Shown here one piece after another: positions 47,035 through 54,432 of a DNA stretch of 64,000 nt (its first letter is position 1; every line of letters begins with the position of its first letter). The notes under the pieces are model-generated. The model saw nothing but the letters and a program-made list of their open reading frames with translations, did not search any database and was not told where the DNA came from. Source of the DNA: an uncultured beta proteobacterium (lineage in GTDB: Bacteria; Pseudomonadota; Gammaproteobacteria; Burkholderiales; SG8-39). The position numbers and the translations under genes were made by a program. The stretch spans positions 4,609 through 68,608 of the forward strand of contig CAIOLO010000049.1 of assembly GCA_903859155.1 (NCBI GenBank), given 5' to 3'.

Positions 47035-47945
47035 GCAGTGTCGTCGGCCGCGCGCCGGATTTCGATCGCGAACTCTACCCTTTCACCGGGTCGTGGCAGG
47101 AGGTGAACGGCTTCAAGATGCACGTCCTTGACGAAGGGCAGGGAGAGACCGTGCTGATGCTTCACGGCAATCCCACCTGGTCGTTTTTTTTCCGCAACCT
47201 GGTGCTCGGGTTGCGCGGCACCCACCGCGTGATCGTGCCCGACCATATCGGCTGCGGGCTGTCGGACAAGCCCGACGAGGAATCCTACGACTACACTCTC
47301 AGCCGGCGTGTCGACGACCTTGCCGAGCTCATCGAAAAACTCCGGGTCCGCGGGCGCATCACATTGCTGCTGCACGACTGGGGCGGCATGATCGGCATGG
47401 CCTATGCCGCCCGCTACCCGGAAAAAATCAACCGGCTGATTCTGCTGAATACAGCGGCGTTCCACCTGCCCAAACCGAAGCGCCTGCCTTTGTCGTTATG
47501 GCTGTGCCGCAAGACGCCGCTGGGTGAATTGATCATCCGCGACACCGGCCTGTTCATCAGTGTGCTGGCACGCTGGGCCGTCTGCCGCCCGATGGAGCAG
47601 CGCGTACGCGAAGCCTACCTTTGGCCCTACCGGCTGCCGGAAGATCGCACCGGTTTGCTGCATTTCGTGCTGGACATTCCCTTGAAACCCGGTGAACGCG
47701 GCTACCAGCTGGTGAGCGACGTGCAGGCGCAATTGCCGGACTTCAACGCGATTCCGGTCCTGATACTGTGGGGTGAAAAGGACTTTGTCTTCGATCACCA
47801 TTTCCTGCGCGAGTGGCAAAGATTGCTGCCTGCCGCCGAGGTGCACCGCTTTCCCAACGCGGGCCACTATGTTCTGGAGGATGCCGGCGAGCAGATCCTG
47901 CCGCTGATTCAAGGCTTCCTGGAACGCTCTCCGGACCATGCCTGA
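47028..47945 (+). CDS. oleB: OleB-type alpha/beta hydrolase (beta-lactone decarboxylase; haloalkane-dehalogenase-like)
   Basis: FKMHVLDEGQGETVLMLHGNPTWSFFFR, nucleophile-elbow LLLHDWGGMIG (Asp codon 47376), C-terminal NAGHYVLED. ATG 47028 overlaps the oleA stop by 7 nt. The ORF frame is open from 46590. Confidence 0.8.
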   Translation: MVSSVVGRAPDFDRELYPFTGSWQEVNGFKMHVLDEGQGETVLMLHGNPTWSFFFRNLVLGLRGTHRVIVPDHIGCGLSDKPDEESYDYTLSRRVDDLAELIEKLRVRGRITLLLHDWGGMIGMAYAARYPEKINRLILLNTAAFHLPKPKRLPLSLWLCRKTPLGELIIRDTGLFISVLARWAVCRPMEQRVREAYLWPYRLPEDRTGLLHFVLDIPLKPGERGYQLVSDVQAQLPDFNAIPVLILWGEKDFVFDHHFLREWQRLLPAAEVHRFPNAGHYVLEDAGEQILPLIQGFLERSPDHA

Positions 47946-49635
47946 CACGCCAGGCAAAGTCCGGAACATCGCCGTGCATCTGGCGGAGATGGCGAAACTC
48001 CAGCCCTCGCGTCCGGCAGTCATCTGCGCGTGCGGCCGGGAATCGCAGGGCGCGGTGGCCTATGAGCACCTGAGCTTCAGCGAACTGGAGGAGCAGAGCA
48101 ACGCACTCGCTGCCACCCTCGAGCACATTGGAATCCGGCGCGGCGTGCGAACCGCGTTGATGGTGCCGCCCGGCCTGGATTTTTTCACGCTGACCTTTGC
48201 CTTGTTCAAGATCGGTGCGGTGCCGGTGCTGATCGATCCGGGCATCGGCCTTGCCAACCTTCGCGGCTGTCTGGAGCACGCGCAGCCCGAGGCATTCATC
48301 GGGATTTCCAAGGCGCATGCGGCGCGCGTTCTGTTTGGCTGGGCGCGTTCGACTGTGCGCATCAAGGTCACGGTGGGGACGAAATGGTTCTGGGGCGGGG
48401 ACACGTTAGCTGGCATGCGCGAGCGCCTGGCAGGCGACCTGTCCGCCGTCCAGGGATTCAGCGCGATCCAGCCCGAGAGCGGTGAGACCGCGGCCATCCT
48501 GTTTACCAGCGGCAGCACCGGCGCGCCGAAAGGGGCTGTCTATACGCACGAAATGTTCGGCGCCCAGGTGGAGCATATCCGCCGGCTGTATGGCATCAAG
48601 CCGGGTGAGACGGATCTGGCGACCTTTCCGCTGTTCGCGCTGTTCGGTCCGGCGCTGGGCATGACCGCGGTGGTTCCGGAGATGGACGCTTCGCGGCCGG
48701 CGAGCGTGGATCCGGAGAACATCGTCGGCGCGATCCGCAAATTCGGCATCACCAACATGTTCGGTTCTCCGGCGCTCATCAACCGCGTCGGGCGCCATGG
48801 CGAGAAGCACGGGATCCGGCTGCCGACGCTGCAGCGTGTCATCAGCGCGGGCGCGCCGGTGCCGGCCAGGGTGCTGGCGCGCTTTGCCGCAATGCTGTCC
48901 CCCGGCGTGCAGATATTCACCCCTTACGGGGCGACCGAGTGCCTGCCGGTGGCCTCCATCGGCAGCAATGTGATTCTCGGTGAGACCCGCCATCGCACCG
49001 ATGAAGGCGCAGGGGTTTGCGTCGGTTATCCGGTGCCGGGGCTGGTGGTCAAGGTCATGCAGATCAGCGACGCGCCGGTGGCAGGCTGGAGCGAGTCGCT
49101 GGAACTGCCGGCCGGGGAAATCGGTGAAATCGCGGTGAAGGCGGCGCACGCCTCGCGGAGCTATTTCGATCTTCCCGCGGCGACGGCACTGGCCAAGATC
49201 GAGGATGCGGCCGGCGGCGGTTTCTACCACCGCATGGGCGACGTCGGTTATTTCGATCCGCGTGGCCGCTTGTGGTTTTGCGGGCGCAAGGCGCATCGCG
49301 TCGTCACGCCGCAGAAGACGCTTTTTTCGATTCCCTGCGAGGGGGTGTTCAACGCGCATCCGGAGGTCTATCGCACCGCCCTGGTCGGTGTCGGAATAAA
49401 CGGCGTCATCGAACCGGTGTTGTGCGTGGAACTGGATCCCGCTTCGGGGGGCGATACGGAAGCGGTTCGCGAAGCATTGCGCCGGCGCGGCGCGGCGCAT
49501 GCGCACACCAGGGATATTGCGATATTTCTTTTCCATCCCGGGTTTCCGGTGGATGTGCGGCATAACGCGAAGATCTTCCGCGAAAAGCTCGCGGTATGGG
49601 CAGCGGCCAAACTGGCGGCAAGGAAACTGCCTTGA
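47938..49635 (+). CDS. oleC: OleC-type AMP-dependent synthetase (beta-lactone synthetase)
   Basis: ILFTSGSTGAPKGAVYTH (AMP-binding P-loop), TFPLFALFGPALGMTAVVPEMDASRPASVDP and FGSPALINRV..RVISAGAPVP match the OleC-specific stretch around the acyl pocket; YHRMGDVGYFD..LWFCGRK. Overlaps the oleB stop by 8 nt. Confidence 0.8.
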   Translation: MPDTPGKVRNIAVHLAEMAKLQPSRPAVICACGRESQGAVAYEHLSFSELEEQSNALAATLEHIGIRRGVRTALMVPPGLDFFTLTFALFKIGAVPVLIDPGIGLANLRGCLEHAQPEAFIGISKAHAARVLFGWARSTVRIKVTVGTKWFWGGDTLAGMRERLAGDLSAVQGFSAIQPESGETAAILFTSGSTGAPKGAVYTHEMFGAQVEHIRRLYGIKPGETDLATFPLFALFGPALGMTAVVPEMDASRPASVDPENIVGAIRKFGITNMFGSPALINRVGRHGEKHGIRLPTLQRVISAGAPVPARVLARFAAMLSPGVQIFTPYGATECLPVASIGSNVILGETRHRTDEGAGVCVGYPVPGLVVKVMQISDAPVAGWSESLELPAGEIGEIAVKAAHASRSYFDLPAATALAKIEDAAGGGFYHRMGDVGYFDPRGRLWFCGRKAHRVVTPQKTLFSIPCEGVFNAHPEVYRTALVGVGINGVIEPVLCVELDPASGGDTEAVREALRRRGAAHAHTRDIAIFLFHPGFPVDVRHNAKIFREKLAVWAAAKLAARKLP

Positions 49636-50639
49636 AGGCGCTGGTCACCGGCGGCGGCGGGTTTCTCGGCCAGGCGATCGTGCGCGGACTGTTGGGCGCC
49701 GGCGCCCAGGTGCGCAGCTTCTCGCGCAGCGGACACGCGGCCCTGCAGGCGCTCGGCGTCGAGCAGGTGCAGGGCGACCTTGCCGATGCCGGCGCGATTG
49801 CCGCGGCGGTGCGTGGCAGCGATACGGTTTTTCACGTCGCCGCCATGCCGGGCATCTGGGGCGACTATGCGGACTACCACCGGGCCAATGTCACCGGAAC
49901 CCGGAATGTCATTGCTGCGTGCCGCCAGCATGCGGTGCAGCGCCTGGTCTACACCAGTTCACCCAGCGTGGTCTTCGACGGGCGCGACATGCAGGGCGTC
50001 GACGAGTCGCTGCCCTATCCGCGGCACTATGAAGCCCATTACCCGCGCACCAAGGCGCTGGCCGAGCAGGCGGTGCTGGCGGCGAACGACGCGCAACTGG
50101 CCACGGTGAGCCTGCGCCCGCACCTGATCTGGGGGGCGGGGGATAACCACCTGCTTCCCCGCCTGGTCGCGCGCGCCAGGGCGGGCCAGTTGCGCCGCAT
50201 CGGGGCGCGGCAGAATCTCATCGACACCATTCATGTGGAGAATGCGGCCGATGCGCACCTGCTCGCGGCCGAGCGTCTTTCACCGGGATCGGTGGTCGCC
50301 GGCAGGGTCTATTTCATCTCGCAGGGCGAGCCGGTGCCGTTGTGGGACATGGTCAACCGGCTGCTGCACGCGGCAGGCGCGCCGCCGGTCACCCGGTCGA
50401 TACCCTTGTGGCTGGCCCTGGGGCTGGCGAGCGGGTTTGAAGCGGCGCACCGCCTCTCCCGCAATCCCCGCGAGCCGCGCCTGACGCGCTTTGTGGTGCG
50501 CGAGCTGTCCACTGCGCACTGGTTCGACATTGCGGCCGCGCGCCGCGACCTGGGCTATGCGCCGCGCATCTCCATCGCCGCAGGGCTGGAGCAACTGCGG
50601 ATTGCCCTGCAAACCGCGAATGCCGGCGGCCGCGCATGA
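49596..50639 (+). CDS. oleD: OleD-type NAD(P)H-dependent reductase (3-beta-HSD / extended SDR family)
   Basis: ALVTGGGGFLGQAIVRGL Rossmann motif, VFHVAA, YTSSPSVVF, YPRTKALAE (YxxxK). The start is either ATG 49596 (40-nt overlap with oleC) or TTG 49632 (TTGA overlap with the oleC stop). Confidence 0.8.
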   Translation: MGSGQTGGKETALKALVTGGGGFLGQAIVRGLLGAGAQVRSFSRSGHAALQALGVEQVQGDLADAGAIAAAVRGSDTVFHVAAMPGIWGDYADYHRANVTGTRNVIAACRQHAVQRLVYTSSPSVVFDGRDMQGVDESLPYPRHYEAHYPRTKALAEQAVLAANDAQLATVSLRPHLIWGAGDNHLLPRLVARARAGQLRRIGARQNLIDTIHVENAADAHLLAAERLSPGSVVAGRVYFISQGEPVPLWDMVNRLLHAAGAPPVTRSIPLWLALGLASGFEAAHRLSRNPREPRLTRFVVRELSTAHWFDIAAARRDLGYAPRISIAAGLEQLRIALQTANAGGRA

Positions 50640-51358
50640 ACCTGCAGGCACTCACCCTTCGGCTCGGCGATGAAGAGCGGCGCGCATTTTTTGCGGTGGT
50701 CGATGCCGTCGAGTTGCAGGCGAACGCGACGCGACCCGAAGCGTTTCTGAGCGATTTCGAACTGGCGCGCCTGGGCGCGTTGCAATTGCCGCCCAAGCGC
50801 CAGAGCTTTCTGCTGGGCCGTTTTGCGGCGAAGCAGGCGCTGGGCGCACTGCTTGCCGAACCCGATTTGCGCCGTATCGAAATCGGCACCGGCGCATTCG
50901 GACAGCCGCTGGTGAAGCATCCGCGCGCCGGGAATATCGAAGTGACGCTGAGTCATTCACACGGGCTGGCGGTTGCGCTCGCCTATCCGCGCGAGTGGCC
51001 GATGGGGGTGGACCTGGAAACCGTCTCGGTCGACGCGGCGGGCACGGTACTGGGAGAGTTGCAAATTTCAACCGCGGAAAAGGCATGGCTGGCGGCCGCA
51101 ACGGTTGGCCAAGCCAGCGCCTGCGGTGTTCTTTGGAGTGCCCGCGAGGCGCTCGGAAAATCGATGAAGATCGGCTTGAACTGCCCGTTGGGAATCCTCG
51201 CGCTCTCCCATCTCGAATCCGCAGGCACGGCATACTGGGAATGTCGCTACGCGAATTTTCCGCAGTCGCAGTGTCTGTCTCGGGCGACCGACGGTCGCAT
51301 CCTGTCGCTGGCAATGCCCATCGGGATCCGGCTGAGCGACTGGCCGCAATTGCGATAG
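50636..51358 (+). CDS. pfaE: Sfp-type 4'-phosphopantetheinyl transferase (PfaE-like)
   Basis: GQPLV..VTLSHSHGLAVAL, PMGVDLE, and LWSAREALGKSMK (W/FxxKE(A/S)xxK) are the three PPTase motifs. ATGA overlap with the oleD stop. Confidence 0.8.
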   Translation: MNLQALTLRLGDEERRAFFAVVDAVELQANATRPEAFLSDFELARLGALQLPPKRQSFLLGRFAAKQALGALLAEPDLRRIEIGTGAFGQPLVKHPRAGNIEVTLSHSHGLAVALAYPREWPMGVDLETVSVDAAGTVLGELQISTAEKAWLAAATVGQASACGVLWSAREALGKSMKIGLNCPLGILALSHLESAGTAYWECRYANFPQSQCLSRATDGRILSLAMPIGIRLSDWPQLR

Positions 51359-51952
51359 CGACGGAGGCTCGACTGGGAATTTTGGCCGCTGGCAAGCCGG
51401 CGATTCACCAGCAAGACGGCGGGAACGCCCAAACAGCTCAAAAAGCCACTCCGCAAGAACTCGGGTCCGCAGCCTCGTCTTGGGGAATTGAATCGGATTG
51501 ACGACAGTCAGTCGTCGGGGAGCCTCGCAGCGGACCAAAGATGGAAAAAAGTTAGAAGACGGTTGACTATGGTCAACAGTCGAAAACCAATCCATGTGTA
51601 GTTTGCCAGGATAAGCATCATCTCAAGAAAGTCGGAAAGCCAACTATGGCGACCGAGGCCGTTTTGGCGGCACCTAGTGTCTGCGTGGTTCTCGCAACCT
51701 TCAGCAGCAAGGCAATGACTGCTGCAATTCTCGGCAACTTAAGCTTGAGGCCAGCGGAAGAAATTGCTCCGAACAACGACTCCGGGAACAAGGCCTCCGA
51801 TCAGATTGCTGCCATTTCAATGTCTCAATGTCAGGGAATAATATCAGTGCATTGGCCGAGTGTCGAGGCTGGGCGCAGGATGACGTAATTGTCCTTGTGC
51901 GCGCAGTCGCGCCAGTCGGTTTGAGCCCATAGTCCAGTCCAGAGGATTAGCC

Positions 51953-53914
51953 ATGAGTAGCCGACAGAATGTCTTGCCTTCCACGCTGGTGGTGTTGATT
52001 GCGCCGTTCGCTTTGTCCATGGCCATCCAGGCGAGCGCAGCGGAAGTCGATGATCTCTCGCTCGACGATCTGCTCAATACCAGGATCAGCACCGCATCCA
52101 AGTTCAGCCAGCGCGTCTCGGAATCTCCATCCAGCGCCACGGTGATCAGCAGCGATGAAATCCGCAGTCATGGCTGGCGCAACCTCGGCGAAGCCCTGGT
52201 GAGCGCGCGTGGTTTCGAGATCAGCGCAGCCACCGATTATCATTATCTGGGCGTGCGTGGATTCAGCCAGCCTGGGGACTACAACAGCCGCATTCTCCTG
52301 CTCATTGACGGGATTCCAGCCAACGATGGCGTCTATGACCAGGCGATGATAGGTCCTGAGTTTCCGCTCGACATGAACCTGGTCGAGCGCATCGAAGTGG
52401 TCCCCGGTCCTGGCTCGGCGCTCTATGGGGGGAACGCCTACCTTGCGGTTGTCAATGTGATTACTCGCCCGAGCGACAGTGTCGGCCGCTCCGTGACACT
52501 AAGTGCTGGCAGCGGCGGTTTCGCGGGCGGCCAGGCAAGCGCCGGTGCCAAGGACGAGACCGGCCGTCACTGGCTGATCTCGGCGTCCACCGAGCGCTCG
52601 GCCGGGGAACCGAGATATTTCCCGCAATGGAATGGCATAGGTGGCAGCGATGGCCAGGCGCGCGGTATGGACGGGGCACGCATGCGCCGGCTGTTCCTGC
52701 GTTACGGTGGCGAAGACTGGAGTGTGCAATTGCTGCATGGGCGGCACCAGAAAGATGCGGCCGGTGCCATGTTTGGTACGGATTTTGACAGCCCGACCAT
52801 TAACGTCGATACGACGACACAGATGGGCCTGCGCTTCAAGCACCCGCTTAACACAATCTGGACCCTCGAAACGCAAGCCTATGCGGGGGAATTCAATTGG
52901 GAGGGGCGCTCCCGCATCAGTGGCGCGTGGGAATCCGATAGGGCTGGTTCGGGCTGGGCGGGTGCGAGCGTACAACTGACCGGCAGACCGTGGGAGAACC
53001 AGACCTGGGTGCTGGGTGCCAGTACTCGTGATGATTTCAAACGCGACCAGCAAAACATCGGCGGCTCTATCGATGGCAGCCGCCGAACTGTAAGCCTGTA
53101 CGCGCAGGACGACGTCCGCTTCAACGATGTCTTTTCGCTCAATCTCGGCGGGCGTTACGACCACGACACGCTTGGCAGCAGCCAAGTCAGCCCGCGCGGA
53201 GCGCTGGTGGTCAAGTTGCCGGCAGCAACCGTATTGAAGCTGATTGCGGGCCAGGCGTTCCGCCCGCCCAATGCCTATGAGACCAGTTACAGCTATCCAG
53301 GCGACCAACTGGCCGGCGGCACACTGAAGCCTGAACGCATAATCACGACGGAAATTGCAGTGGAACAGGCCATCGGCGCACGCGGGCGCTGGACCGGCTC
53401 GATGTATCGCAATCGATTCAAGGATTTGCTTGGTATCGTCACCGATTTCACCACCGGTTTGCAGCAGATTCAAACCGTGGGTGATGCCCGCACCGACGGG
53501 CTGGAACTGGGTGCGCGCTATCGATTCGAGGGCGACGTAGACGTACGCGGCAGCCTGGCCTGGCAACGCAGTGAAGTTGCGAATGGCGCATTGTTGCCCA
53601 ACAGCCCTGAGCGACTCGCCAAATTCCTTGCCGTTGTTCCGCTGGGCGCCTACGAACTGGGTTGGGAGACTTACTACACCGGGGTCCGCCGCGATGTTTT
53701 CGGGGCCAAAGTCGGCGGCCAGACAGTCAATCATGCAGTGCTTTCGGGACGCTTTACCCGTAACCTTCGCTGGCAGGTGCGAGCCAGAAATCTGTTCGAC
53801 CGCCGGTTCGCAACAGTCGCGGGGCCGGAATACTCCCTCGGGGCAGCCGGAAACGTGCCGACCATTGTGGACTATGGCCGCCAGTTGCAAGTCCACCTGA
53901 CGGTGGATTTCTGA
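51953..53914 (+). CDS. TonB-dependent outer-membrane receptor (short, 653 aa)
   Basis: Signal peptide. Plug domain: SATVISSDEIRSHGWRNLGEALVSARGF..GVRGF..ILLLIDGIPAND..ERIEVVPGPGSALYGGNAYLAVVNVITR. Beta-barrel ends in ..QLQVHLTVDF (terminal Phe). Confidence 0.85.
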   Translation: MSSRQNVLPSTLVVLIAPFALSMAIQASAAEVDDLSLDDLLNTRISTASKFSQRVSESPSSATVISSDEIRSHGWRNLGEALVSARGFEISAATDYHYLGVRGFSQPGDYNSRILLLIDGIPANDGVYDQAMIGPEFPLDMNLVERIEVVPGPGSALYGGNAYLAVVNVITRPSDSVGRSVTLSAGSGGFAGGQASAGAKDETGRHWLISASTERSAGEPRYFPQWNGIGGSDGQARGMDGARMRRLFLRYGGEDWSVQLLHGRHQKDAAGAMFGTDFDSPTINVDTTTQMGLRFKHPLNTIWTLETQAYAGEFNWEGRSRISGAWESDRAGSGWAGASVQLTGRPWENQTWVLGASTRDDFKRDQQNIGGSIDGSRRTVSLYAQDDVRFNDVFSLNLGGRYDHDTLGSSQVSPRGALVVKLPAATVLKLIAGQAFRPPNAYETSYSYPGDQLAGGTLKPERIITTEIAVEQAIGARGRWTGSMYRNRFKDLLGIVTDFTTGLQQIQTVGDARTDGLELGARYRFEGDVDVRGSLAWQRSEVANGALLPNSPERLAKFLAVVPLGAYELGWETYYTGVRRDVFGAKVGGQTVNHAVLSGRFTRNLRWQVRARNLFDRRFATVAGPEYSLGAAGNVPTIVDYGRQLQVHLTVDF

Positions 53915-53915
53915 A

Positions 53916-54431
53916 GTGAAGCGTATCCTGTTTTTCGGCGGACTCCTCGCGCTGTGCTTGAGCGTTGCGGCCAAAGACTTGTTCGCTGCCGACGAGGAGA
54001 CGGTAAAGACCGCCTACCTGTACAACTTTGCCAAGTTCGTTCAATGGCCGGATGAGCAGCGCCCTACGCTGCGGCTATGCGTCGTGGGCGATAACGTGCT
54101 GGGCAAGGCGCTCGACAGCTTGATTGGCAAGCCAGTGCGCAACATGCAGATCGACGTTCGTCATGCGATTGTGCTGCAGGATATTCCACAATGCGATCTG
54201 GTTTTCTTGCCGGCGGGCCAGGCACGCTCGCTGGAGCGGGTGCGTCAGATAGTGAATGGCTATCCCATCCTGATCGTGGCCGAAAGCACTGATGCCCTGC
54301 CCAAGGGCGCCATCGTGGCCATGATCCAGAGGGATAACCGCATCGTCTTCGAAGTCGATCTGACCACAGCCCGCCACCTCGGCTTGCAGGTCAGCGCCAA
54401 GTTGCTGCAACTGGCCCGAAAGGTGTACTGA
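53916..54431 (+). CDS. YfiR-family (DUF4154) periplasmic protein
   Basis: Signal peptide, then VKTAYLYNFAKFVQWPD..LRLCVVGDN..GYPILIVAES..IVFEVDLTTARHLGLQVSAKLLQLARKV matches the DUF4154/YfiR consensus. GTG start 1 nt after the receptor stop. Confidence 0.8.
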   Translation: MKRILFFGGLLALCLSVAAKDLFAADEETVKTAYLYNFAKFVQWPDEQRPTLRLCVVGDNVLGKALDSLIGKPVRNMQIDVRHAIVLQDIPQCDLVFLPAGQARSLERVRQIVNGYPILIVAESTDALPKGAIVAMIQRDNRIVFEVDLTTARHLGLQVSAKLLQLARKVY

Positions 54432-54432
54432 C

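Noticed and set aside
51646-51888. 80-aa ORF in the lower-GC spacer after the PPTase gene.
   Set aside because: It has no RBS or recognisable motif, its composition differs from neighbouring genes, and the opposite strand is equally open. It is treated as non-coding spacer (see the boundary finding).
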